A model generated the notes under the pieces. It saw only the letters and a program-made list of their open reading frames with translations. It did not search any database and was not told the DNA's origin. Source: Coriobacteriia bacterium (GTDB lineage Bacteria; Actinomycetota; Coriobacteriia; Anaerosomatales; JAAXUF01). From it: a DNA stretch of 64,000 nt. Shown piece by piece: positions 30,766 through 39,001 of the stretch. The stretch is from assembly GCA_038245725.1 (NCBI GenBank), contig JBBRSD010000001.1, positions 224,508 to 288,507 of the forward strand. The letters are read 5' to 3'. Each line of letters starts with the position of its first letter. Within the stretch, counting starts at the first letter, position 1. Position numbers and translations under genes: made by a program.

Positions 30766-31665
30766 GTGGAGGCAGACATGGACGGTGTCGACTCATCCGA
30801 CGGACTCGATGTGTGTGCGGCGAGCGACAGTACGCGTGAGGTATCTCTACTTGCTGGAGTGAGGACAACGGCGAGCACGTCAGGCCGCCGGTTGCTGGGC
30901 ATTCCGCTCGTTGGCCAGTTCGGTGTGAGACGCCTTGCGCCAGCGACGGTGGTTCTCGCCCTCGTTGGTGCTGCTCTGTGCGGCTGCGCCCCAAATCATG
31001 TGCCGGTGGCAGGACCCGAGGCAGTAGCGAGCCTGCTTCCGCCGTTGCCGACGCAACCCTCACCACGCACTATGTCAGCTATGGCCCGGACCGCGTTCTC
31101 TGAAGTCTCGCCTGCTCGCGCAAGAAGTGAGTCTGTGCCTTTGAGTTGGGGGACTCCCATTGCGGTGTACTCGCGGATACGGCGAACGACCGAGAGCTCG
31201 GGCGGCGCGGGGGTACCAGTCCTCGATCCGACCACCTGCAGGTTCCTCGTGTCGCTTGACACGAGCAAAGGCCCTGCGGGTGAGTTCTACATGTCGTCGC
31301 GCGCACCGTATCGCGCACTGGTCTCTACGGGACCGGAACATGTCCGATATGATCGCCAGCAAAAAACGGCCAGACTTGCGTCTGAAGCTCTTGCAGCATC
31401 GGGGAGAGTGGTCGCCTTCGAAGGTGTGTATGACGGGGTGTATGGCGAAGATCGCTTGGGCAACGCCGTGGTTGTGTTCTCAGTCGTCAGGTCGACTGGG
31501 ACTTTACCGAATCCTGGAGATTCCGTGAGACCGGCGCCTCCGGCCGCAATCGAGAACAGGGTGTATTCCGGGACTGATGCGCGACAGATGGTGCTGCTCC
31601 TGCCTGGCGGTGACAGTGGCCCGCCTTCGTGGACACCTGACCCTTGGGGATTCCAGTCCCGATAG
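30766..31665 (+). CDS. hypothetical lipoprotein
   Basis: Lipobox-like LVGAALCGC about 70 codons into the ORF; a GTG at 30925 is a plausible true start. No recognisable domain. Confidence 0.45.
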   Translation: MEADMDGVDSSDGLDVCAASDSTREVSLLAGVRTTASTSGRRLLGIPLVGQFGVRRLAPATVVLALVGAALCGCAPNHVPVAGPEAVASLLPPLPTQPSPRTMSAMARTAFSEVSPARARSESVPLSWGTPIAVYSRIRRTTESSGGAGVPVLDPTTCRFLVSLDTSKGPAGEFYMSSRAPYRALVSTGPEHVRYDRQQKTARLASEALAASGRVVAFEGVYDGVYGEDRLGNAVVVFSVVRSTGTLPNPGDSVRPAPPAAIENRVYSGTDARQMVLLLPGGDSGPPSWTPDPWGFQSR

Positions 31666-31685
31666 GGCGTATCCACATGCCGTGA

Positions 31686-31914
31686 CCACACCCGCTCGAG
31701 CCGCTTGAGTTTCGCTCCGAGGCGGTCCGCCTGGCCCGCTTCGGCGAGATCTCGATCCCGCAGATCGCAAGAGACCTCGGAATCTCAGACTAGACGCTTC
31801 GCAACCGGGTCGGCTGGACCCGACATCGACGAGGGACGCGCCCAAGGCTTGACCAGCACCTATCGCGATGAGCTGCGGCGCTTTCGCAAGGAAGTCAGAG
31901 TGTACGCGCTATAA
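31686..31914 (+). pseudogene. IS3-family transposase OrfA remnant (in-frame stop, frameshift, truncated)
   Basis: Frame 3 reads EFRSEAVRLARFGEISIPQIARDLGISD*TLRNRV (the HTH of IS3 OrfA). After a frameshift the track ORF 31705..31914 reads PDIDEGRAQGLTSTYRDELRRFRKEVRV (the leucine-zipper region). No OrfB follows. Confidence 0.6.
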
Positions 31915-31965
31915 TCCCTCCTGAACGCTGCCATCTGCTTTCGCTATCCGAGGGGGAGTCTCGAC

Positions 31966-32304
31966 ATGTCGAAGCGCGTCTTGATCGTCAGCGATACGAT
32001 CGGCGAGGACACGAGTGGACTCGGCGCCATCCTCATGAAGAACTTCCTGTACTCGGTTGCGCGCGATGGCAGCACCCCGAAGGCGATCATGCTCATGAAC
32101 GGCGGCGTTCGCCTCGCGTGTGAGGGCTCGACCTCCCTCGACGACCTGCGAATCCTCGCGGAGAACGGTGTGCCCGTGAAGGTGTGCGGCACCTGCCTCG
32201 ACTTCCTCGGCTTGATGGACCAGCTCGAGGTGGGCGAGGTCGGCACGATGTCCGATGGAGTCGCGGCGATGCTTGGCGACGATGCGGTGCTGACGGTCGG
32301 GTAG
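31966..32304 (+). CDS. YedF-like selenium-metabolism protein (DsrE-like domain only)
   Basis: 112 aa. VLIVSDTIGEDTSGLGAILMKNFLYS ... MLMNGGVRLACEGS ... VKVCGTCLDFLGL matches my memory of the C-terminal domain of YedF (TIGR03527). A TAA 18 codons upstream rules out a TusA-like N-terminal extension. Confidence 0.7.
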   Translation: MSKRVLIVSDTIGEDTSGLGAILMKNFLYSVARDGSTPKAIMLMNGGVRLACEGSTSLDDLRILAENGVPVKVCGTCLDFLGLMDQLEVGEVGTMSDGVAAMLGDDAVLTVG

Positions 32305-32340
32305 CGCCGCACCCTCAGCGCTGCCGCCCGCGTGAGCGCG

Positions 32341-32739
32341 TCAGCCGAGGATCGCGCGAACCGCGTCCACGAGCGCGGACGCCAGGTCCAGCGCTTCGGC
32401 GACCTCCTCGGCGGGTGGCTCTGTCATGTCGCCGGGGTCGCGGAACTCCCAGGCGTATTCGGATAGCGAGCTGACGGCCGCGGCGGCTACCGCCAGCGCT
32501 GGCTCGGCTGCGGCAACCGCGCGCCCTAGCTCGCCGAGGTCGTGGGTCTTGCGAAACGGCCGGTCGCGCAGCGCGAGTACGCCCTTCAGCGACTTCTCGC
32601 ACGCCTGCTGGCAGTGGAACGCGGCATCGCCCAGAAGCGGCGGCTCAAATCCCAGGTCGGCGCGAGCCGCTCTCAGATCGAGGTCGGCCTTCGCGAGCCA
32701 CGCCCGCGCGTCTTCGAGCGCAACCGGATCAGGCCGCAT
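32341..32739 (-). CDS. HEPN domain protein (toxin-like partner of the MNT)
   Basis: 132 aa. AAFHCQQACEKSLKGVLA and the helical HEPN pattern. It overlaps the upstream MNT gene by 11 nt. Confidence 0.8.
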   Translation of the reverse strand: MRPDPVALEDARAWLAKADLDLRAARADLGFEPPLLGDAAFHCQQACEKSLKGVLALRDRPFRKTHDLGELGRAVAAAEPALAVAAAAVSSLSEYAWEFRDPGDMTEPPAEEVAEALDLASALVDAVRAILG

Positions 32740-33202
32740 ACACGAGCACGCCCTCCCGAAGCACGGTCCCCGGCAGCGAAGCCTTGAGGTGCGTCCGCGC
32801 GTCGAAGTAGCTTTCGGTGCGCACGATCACGTCGACCGCGGCGCCCAAGTCCGCGACCGCCGCGTGTCCTGCGCCTCCACGTCGCAGTCGCGGCGGGGTG
32901 TCGTCTGCGACCACCACGAGCAGATCGTAGTCGCTGTCCGGGCCGGCATCACCGCGTGCGGCGGAGCCGAAGAGGTAGATGCGGTCGGCTGAGTACGTCT
33001 CGGCGAGGCGTCTGGCGATCTCGTCGAGAAGCGGGGAGAGCGAGGTGGCGAGGTCTGGGCGCGCGATGCGGTAGTTGCGGCCGTCTCGGCGTGCGGGCAG
33101 CGCGGCGCTCTCGATGCGCTTGAGGATGGCCTGCCGGCTGATGCCAAGCAGGAACGCCGCCTCGGCCGTTGTCACGAATCGCGTCTCCATGCTGACAACC
33201 AT
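32729..33202 (-). CDS. nucleotidyltransferase (MNT) domain protein with N-terminal excisionase-type HTH
   Basis: The N-terminal FVTTAEAAFLLGISRQAILKRIESAALPARRDGRNYRI (HTH_17-like) is followed by the minimal NTase motif LFGSAARGDAGPDSDYDLLVV. Confidence 0.8.
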   Translation of the reverse strand: MVVSMETRFVTTAEAAFLLGISRQAILKRIESAALPARRDGRNYRIARPDLATSLSPLLDEIARRLAETYSADRIYLFGSAARGDAGPDSDYDLLVVVADDTPPRLRRGGAGHAAVADLGAAVDVIVRTESYFDARTHLKASLPGTVLREGVLVYAA

Positions 33203-33244
33203 ACGCTCTCGGTTGTCAGAAGCGCAATGTAGACGACGACGCGC

Positions 33245-33835
33245 TCAGCGCGAGATTGACGGCCCGCCGCCTTCGCACGTGCGCACGAACTTCGGGTCCG
33301 CGGCCTGCTCCGGATGCGGGTTGTGCGTCACGTAGCGCAGCGTGGGCTCGCCGTCTTCGAGGTAGACGCCGTCGAGCACGAGACCGCACTTGTCGGCGAC
33401 CGCTCGCGAGGCCGCGTTCTCCGGCAGGATCGCCGAGTAGACCTGTGGGAACCCCACCTCGTCGAAGCCGTACTTGAGCGCAGCCTTGCCCGCCTCGGTC
33501 GCCAGCCCGCGGCCCCACAGCTGCGGCAGGATCGTCCAACCTAGTTCGACATCGGGCGCGAGCGTGCAGCCGAAGCCGCAGAACCCCACGATGCCGAGCG
33601 GGTCGCCCTCGACAGGTTCGCGCAGCTCGAGTGCCCAGCGCGACCAGCCGCGCTCTCGCTGGTTCTCGGTCTGGCGCGCGATGAAGCTGTCGATGTCGTC
33701 GGCCGGAAACGGTGCGCCGCGGTTGAGCCAGTGGATGATCTCGGGCTCGTGTGCGATGAGTGCGAACGCCGCGCGGTCCTTGCTCGTCCACGCGCGCAGG
33801 TTGAGGCGCTTGGTCTGGATGACGATCGGGCCCAT
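33245..33835 (-). CDS. GNAT family N-acetyltransferase (RimJ/RimL-like)
   Basis: RLNLRAWTSKDRAAFALI at the N-terminus and WGRGLATEA at the acetyl-CoA site. Start preferred at ATG 33835. Confidence 0.8.
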   Translation of the reverse strand: MGPIVIQTKRLNLRAWTSKDRAAFALIAHEPEIIHWLNRGAPFPADDIDSFIARQTENQRERGWSRWALELREPVEGDPLGIVGFCGFGCTLAPDVELGWTILPQLWGRGLATEAGKAALKYGFDEVGFPQVYSAILPENAASRAVADKCGLVLDGVYLEDGEPTLRYVTHNPHPEQAADPKFVRTCEGGGPSISR

Positions 33836-34037
33836 GCGTGCGTCCTTCCTGCTCGTTGGCACAGTCTAATCCGCATGAAAGGGGCACGCCGCGGGTTTCG
33901 GGCGGTCGGCACTCAAGGGTCGGCGGGCGGTGGAATCCGGCACGCGGGCGGGGGCGGCGGGCGTGGCGCGAGCGCCCGCTAGGCAGCCGCAGCGCACCGT
34001 GCGCGTCGGTCGAGCGCCGCTGCGGTATCATCGACCT

Positions 34038-35441
34038 ATGGACGTAAACGCGCTGCTGAGGACGCTCCCCAACACCGACGAGGTGCTCGCGCACCCCGCC
34101 CTCGCCGAGACGGTCGCCGCCGTCCCGCGCGCGCTCGTGCTCGACGCCGTCCGCAGTGCGATCGGAGACGCGCGCTCCCGCCTGCTCGGCGGCGAGGAGT
34201 TCGAGCCGTCCGCGGCCGCGATCGCGCAGGACGCGGTCGCCCGCGCCACGCTCGCCGCGCGCCCCAGCTTGCGCCGCGTCATCAACGCGACCGGCATCAT
34301 CGTGCACACCAATCTCGGTCGCAGCGTGCTCTCGGAGCGCGCCGCAGCCGCCGTCGCCGAAGTCGCAAGCGGCTACTCGACGCTCGAGGCCGACGTCGAG
34401 AGCGGCGAGCGCGGCAGTCGGCATGTGCACGTCGAGTCGCTGCTCTGTCGCCTGACCGGCGCCGAGGCCGCGATGGCCGTCAACAACAACGCCGCAGCCG
34501 TCATGCTCGGCATCGCGGGGCTCGCACGCGGGCGCGAAGCGATCGTGAGCCGCGGACAGCTCGTCGAGATCGGCGGCAGCTTCCGTATCCCCGACATCAT
34601 GGCCGAATCCGGCGCGACGATGGTCGAGGTCGGCACCACCAACAAGACGCACCTCGCAGACTACGAGAACGCTCTGACAGCGAACACAGGCCTGCTCCTC
34701 AAGGTGCACTCGAGCAACTACCGCGTGGTCGGCTTCACCGAGGAGGTCTCGCTCTCAGAGCTCGTCGACCTCGGCGCGCTGCACGGCGTGCCGGTCATGG
34801 AGGATCAGGGCTCCGGCGTGCTCATCGATCTGACGCGCTTCGGCCTGCCAGACGAGCCCACCGTGGGCGCGAGCGTGGCCGCGGGTGCCGCCGTCGTGAC
34901 CGCGTCGGGAGACAAGCTACTCGGCGGACCGCAGGCGGGCCTGCTCATGGGCCGAAGCGACGTGATCGACCGCCTCAAGAAGCACCCGATGGCGCGTGCG
35001 CTGCGCCTCGACAAGATGACGCTCGCTGCGCTCGAGGCGACGCTCTCGGCATACCTCGACGAGGAGCGCGCCCTGCGCGAGATTCCCACGCTGCGGATGC
35101 TCACCGCACCGCAGTCCGAGGTCCGAGCGCGTGCCGAGGCGCTCGCCGTGCGCATTCGCGAGGCTCTCGGCGAAGCCAACGACGTCGCTGTTGCCGACGA
35201 CGTCGCGCGCGCCGGCGGTGGGTCGCTGCCGCTCGCGGACATCGCGAGCGCTGTGGTCGCGATCGCGCAGCGCGAGATGCCGGTCGCCAAGCTCGAAGGG
35301 CTCCTGCGCTGTGGCGGCGAGCCCGCGATCGTCGCGCGCATCAAAGACGACCGTCTGCTCATCGACCCACGCACGCTGCTTTCTCCCGCCGAGGAGGACG
35401 CGGTCGTCGTGCGGCTTCGCGAAGTGCTCGGACGCGCATAG
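34038..35441 (+). CDS. selA: L-seryl-tRNA(Sec) selenium transferase
   Basis: MDVNALLRTLPNTDEVL at the N-terminus, VINATGIIVHTNLGRS, and the PLP lysine region SGDKLLGGPQAG. ATG 34038 lies within track ORF 33930..35441. Confidence 0.9.
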   Translation: MDVNALLRTLPNTDEVLAHPALAETVAAVPRALVLDAVRSAIGDARSRLLGGEEFEPSAAAIAQDAVARATLAARPSLRRVINATGIIVHTNLGRSVLSERAAAAVAEVASGYSTLEADVESGERGSRHVHVESLLCRLTGAEAAMAVNNNAAAVMLGIAGLARGREAIVSRGQLVEIGGSFRIPDIMAESGATMVEVGTTNKTHLADYENALTANTGLLLKVHSSNYRVVGFTEEVSLSELVDLGALHGVPVMEDQGSGVLIDLTRFGLPDEPTVGASVAAGAAVVTASGDKLLGGPQAGLLMGRSDVIDRLKKHPMARALRLDKMTLAALEATLSAYLDEERALREIPTLRMLTAPQSEVRARAEALAVRIREALGEANDVAVADDVARAGGGSLPLADIASAVVAIAQREMPVAKLEGLLRCGGEPAIVARIKDDRLLIDPRTLLSPAEEDAVVVRLREVLGRA

Positions 35442-35469
35442 TAACCGGCTCTCGGCAGCTCGCGCGAAC

Positions 35470-36396
35470 CTACCGCGCCATCTCCCGCAGCCGCGCGATG
35501 CGCACCGCCGGGTCCGGATGCGTGTCGAAGAGCCCCGTGAGCCAGCCACGCGTCTTGCCTTCCGGGTCGTGCAGCGGGCTCGCGATCCACAGATGGGCCG
35601 TGGCCTTGTTCATTCGCCGCATCGACTGCGGGTCGGCCGTGATCTTCTCGAGCGCGTCGGCGAGTTCGTTCGGGTTGCGCGTGAGCAGCGCTCCACTCGC
35701 GTCTGCGAGCAGTTCTCGGCGGCGCGATACCGCGAGCTGGATGAGCATCGCGAACAGGGGAGACAGCAGCGCGAGCACGATTCCCACGAGCATGAGGATC
35801 GCGCCCACCTGCCCGCTGTCGCCGCTGCCGGAATCGCGCCGCCGACCTCCGCCGAACCAGAACGGGTAGCGCAGGAAGAAGTCCGACAGCAGCACGACGA
35901 ACCCCACCAGCACCACGACGACGCTCGAGAGCAGGATGTCGTAGTTCCCGATGTGGGACAGCTCGTGCGACAGCACGCCTTCGAGCTCCGGCTTGTCGAG
36001 CTTAGCCAGCAGCCCGGTCGTCACCGCGACCGCCGCATGTTGCGGGTTGCGGCCGGTGGCGAAGGCGTTGGGCGACGGGTCGTCGATGATGTAAACGCGC
36101 GGCATCGGCAGGCCGCTTGCGATGCACAGGTTCTCGACGAGGCGGTACAGCTCGGGCGCCTGAGCTTTGTCGATCTGGTGGGCGCCGGATATGGCGAGCG
36201 CGACCTTGTCACTCCACCAGTACGACGAGAACGACTGCACGATCGCGACGATGATCGCGACCGGCAGGAGCCACGTGAGCCTGAGCGCCACGCCGAAGAC
36301 GTAGCCGAGAGCTATCACTGCGGCGACGAATACGGTCATGACCCCCACGGTCCGCCATTTGTTGGACGCTATGTTGTCGTAGACGGTAGCTGCCAT
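35470..36396 (-). CDS. htpX: zinc metalloprotease HtpX (M48)
   Basis: 308 aa, 4 TM helices, HELSHIGNYD zinc motif and a C-terminal FDTHP. Confidence 0.9.
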   Translation of the reverse strand: MAATVYDNIASNKWRTVGVMTVFVAAVIALGYVFGVALRLTWLLPVAIIVAIVQSFSSYWWSDKVALAISGAHQIDKAQAPELYRLVENLCIASGLPMPRVYIIDDPSPNAFATGRNPQHAAVAVTTGLLAKLDKPELEGVLSHELSHIGNYDILLSSVVVVLVGFVVLLSDFFLRYPFWFGGGRRRDSGSGDSGQVGAILMLVGIVLALLSPLFAMLIQLAVSRRRELLADASGALLTRNPNELADALEKITADPQSMRRMNKATAHLWIASPLHDPEGKTRGWLTGLFDTHPDPAVRIARLREMAR

Positions 36397-36399
36397 CGG

Positions 36400-36948
36400 T
36401 TAGAACTTGACCTCGACGTTGGCCCTCTCGGCGGGTGCTGCCTCGATGAACTCGAAGGCGGAGAATCCGAGCGAGCTGGCGATCAGGTTGGTGGGGAACA
36501 CCTGGATCGACGTGTTGAAGTCGCGAACGTTGGAGTTGTAGAAACGCTGCGCGGCCATGATCTTATCCTGCGTGTCGGTGATCTCGGCCTGCAGCGAGAG
36601 GAAGTTCTGGTTCGCCTTCAGATCGGGGTAGGCCTCGGCGACGGCGAAGAGGGACTTCAGCGTCTCGGTGAGCTGGTTGCTCGCCTGGATGCGCTCGCCG
36701 GTCGATCCGGTCAGCAGGCCCGCGCGCTCAGCGGCGACCTTCTCGAAGAGCTCGCGCTCGTGAGTGGCGTAGCCCTTCACCGTTTCGACGAGGTTGGGGA
36801 TGAGCTCGTATCGACGCTTGAGCTGGACGTCGATATCACTCGCCGCCTCGGCGACGCGGTTCTTGCGGGTAATGAGCCCGTTGTAAACGGCGATCAACGC
36901 GGCCACGAGCACCACGACGATCGCGATCACTATCCAGAGTCCCATCAT
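36400..36948 (-). CDS. lemA: LemA family protein
   Basis: N-terminal TM helix then YNGLITRKNRVAEAASDIDVQLKRRYELIPNLVETVKGYATHE. Start at the ATGATG at 36948 with RBS ggagga upstream. It lies 3 nt upstream of htpX. Confidence 0.9.
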   Translation of the reverse strand: MMGLWIVIAIVVVLVAALIAVYNGLITRKNRVAEAASDIDVQLKRRYELIPNLVETVKGYATHERELFEKVAAERAGLLTGSTGERIQASNQLTETLKSLFAVAEAYPDLKANQNFLSLQAEITDTQDKIMAAQRFYNSNVRDFNTSIQVFPTNLIASSLGFSAFEFIEAAPAERANVEVKF

Positions 36949-37096
36949 GGCGAATCCTCCCAATCGTGCATCGGATTTCGGCACGTCCATCATGCTGCAA
37001 CTGGCGCGCCGCTGCGAGTGGTATCACCGAATGGACACAGTCGAACAACCCCATGCTACGCTACCAGCGCCCCTCACCCCGTCTGATTGGTCGCGC

Positions 37097-39001
37097 ATGC
37101 CATCGCTGGTCCTCGGCACCGCCGGGCACATCGATCACGGCAAGTCGGCGCTCGTCAAAGCGCTGACCGGCACCGATCCGGACCGCCTGCCCGAGGAGAA
37201 GGAGCGCGGCGTCACGATCGAGCTGGGCTTCGCGCAGCTCATCCTTCCCAGCGGGCGCGCAATGGGCGTCGTCGACGTGCCCGGCCACGAGAAGTTCGTG
37301 CGCCAGATGGTCGCTGGCGCGACCGGCATCGACGTGGTGCTGCTCGTGGTCGCTGCCGACGACGGCGTGATGCCGCAGACGCGCGAGCATCTCGCGATCA
37401 TCGACCTGCTGGGGATCGAACGCGGCGTGGTTGCGATCACGAAGTCCGACCTCGCCGACGAAGAGTGGCTCGAGATAGTGCGCGCCGATGTCGAGGAGCT
37501 GCTCGCCGGCACCAGCATCGAGAGCGCACCGATCGTCGCCGTGAGTGCCAAGACCGGCGCCAGCCTGCCGGAGCTGCTGGCTACGATTGACGAGGTCGCA
37601 AAGACCGCCGAGGCGCGCCACGCGGACCTGCCGATGCGCCTGCCTGTCGACCGCGTGTTCACAATTGCAGGCGCGGGCACCGTCGTGACCGGCACGATGT
37701 GGTCGGGCACCGTGCGCCGAGACGACACGGTCGAGATCTACCCGGAAGGCGAGCGTGCTCGTGTGCGCAGCGTGCAGGTGCACAGCGAGCCCGTGGCCGA
37801 GGCGCATGCGGGCCAGCGCGTGGCGATCAACCTTGCTGGTGTCGAGCGCGACGAGATCGCCCGCGGCGATATTCTCGCGCTGCCTGGTTCGCTCAGCGTG
37901 ACCGACCGCTTCGACGCCCGCTTCACCTACCTCGGCACGCCCGGCGACGAGAAGCCCTTCGAGTCTGGCGCTCGCGTGCACGTCAACCACGGAACGCGCG
38001 AAGTGCTCGGCCGCGTGCTGCTCATGGACGTCGAGCGCCTGCTCCCCGGCCAGTCCGCGCTCGCGCAGGTTCGCCTCGAAGAGCCGCTCGCGCCGCGCTA
38101 CGACGACCGCTTCATCGTCCGCAGCTACTCGCCGGTCTACACGGTCGGCGGCGGCATTGTGCTTGACACCCTCCCGCCGCGCCGCACGCAACTGACGCCC
38201 CGCGAGCGCGACCTGCTCGGCGCGCTCGTCGCGCACGACTTCGCCGGCGCCTCGACCGGGCTGCTTACCTCGCGCGGCGTCCCGATGACGTCGGCCGAGG
38301 TCGCCGCCGCGCTTGGCGTGCAGCGCTCCATCGTCGCCGACGAGCTCAACCGCGCGAAGTTGGAGCGCCTGAAGGTCGCCTCCGACACCTACTTCGTGAC
38401 GCCGAGCGCGCTCGAGGCGCTCATCGCGGCCATCGAGCGCCACCTGCTCGCTTTCCACGCCGAGAACCCCTCGGCGACCGGCATCTCGACGAGCGCGCTT
38501 CGCGACCTCGTCGAGCGCCGCATCGAGCCGCGCGTCTTCGACGCGCTGCTCGGCGTCGCCTCGCAGCGGGGGATCGCCGCGGTCGACGCCGGGCTGGCCC
38601 GCCACCCGAAGGCGGCGGTGAGCGCGCTTGCCGCGGAAGCGTCAGCGGAGGCCGCGCTTGTGGCGCTCATCGAGTCCCAGCGGCTTGAGCCCGCCGGTCC
38701 GGCCGCACTCGCGTCAGCTGCCGGCATCGACGTGGGGCTCGCGCGCAAGGCGCTCGGCAAGCTCGCGACCGAGGGCCGCGTGGTGCGCGCCAACGCAGAC
38801 ATGCACTTCTCGGCGGCGGCGATCGCGCTGGCCAAAGAGCGCGTGGCCGGCTACCTGGCGCAGCATCCGGACGGAGCGAGCGCTGCGGAACTGCGCGACG
38901 CGCTCGGCGTGAGCCGGAAGTTCGCGATACCGCTGCTTGAGTATTTCGACGCTCAGGGAGTCACCAGACGCGTCGGCGACGTCCGAGTGCTGCGGGGCTG
39001 A
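37097..39001 (+). CDS. selB: selenocysteine-specific translation elongation factor
   Basis: [25 protein letters not shown] (G1), DVPGHEKF (G3), the SKSD-type G4 (ITKSD), and C-terminal winged-helix repeats. Start at ATG 37097 within track ORF 36947..39001. Confidence 0.9.
   Translation: MPSLVLGTAGHIDHGKSALVKALTGTDPDRLPEEKERGVTIELGFAQLILPSGRAMGVVDVPGHEKFVRQMVAGATGIDVVLLVVAADDGVMPQTREHLAIIDLLGIERGVVAITKSDLADEEWLEIVRADVEELLAGTSIESAPIVAVSAKTGASLPELLATIDEVAKTAEARHADLPMRLPVDRVFTIAGAGTVVTGTMWSGTVRRDDTVEIYPEGERARVRSVQVHSEPVAEAHAGQRVAINLAGVERDEIARGDILALPGSLSVTDRFDARFTYLGTPGDEKPFESGARVHVNHGTREVLGRVLLMDVERLLPGQSALAQVRLEEPLAPRYDDRFIVRSYSPVYTVGGGIVLDTLPPRRTQLTPRERDLLGALVAHDFAGASTGLLTSRGVPMTSAEVAAALGVQRSIVADELNRAKLERLKVASDTYFVTPSALEALIAAIERHLLAFHAENPSATGISTSALRDLVERRIEPRVFDALLGVASQRGIAAVDAGLARHPKAAVSALAAEASAEAALVALIESQRLEPAGPAALASAAGIDVGLARKALGKLATEGRVVRANADMHFSAAAIALAKERVAGYLAQHPDGASAAELRDALGVSRKFAIPLLEYFDAQGVTRRVGDVRVLRG

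Noticed and set aside
31705-31914. The 69-aa ORF as an intact small gene
   Set aside because: Only its C-terminal half resembles IS3 OrfA. The N-terminal half of that transposase lies in another frame with an in-frame stop. It is therefore treated as part of a pseudogene, not a functional CDS.
33836-34037. A possible tRNA-Sec (selC) upstream of selA; also checked in the other sel-locus intergenic gaps
   Set aside because: The only TCA/TGA-containing candidate loops (around 33911 on the plus strand and 33875 on the minus strand) lack a U33 or purine-37 context, complementary stems and a T-arm. No tRNA-like fold could be built.
33216-38605. Long shadow ORFs in the selenium region (33216..34709 -, 35131..37086 +, 37061..38605 -)
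   Set aside because: They overlap GNAT/selA, htpX/lemA and selB on the opposite strand. The annotated partners carry diagnostic motifs and the shadows do not.
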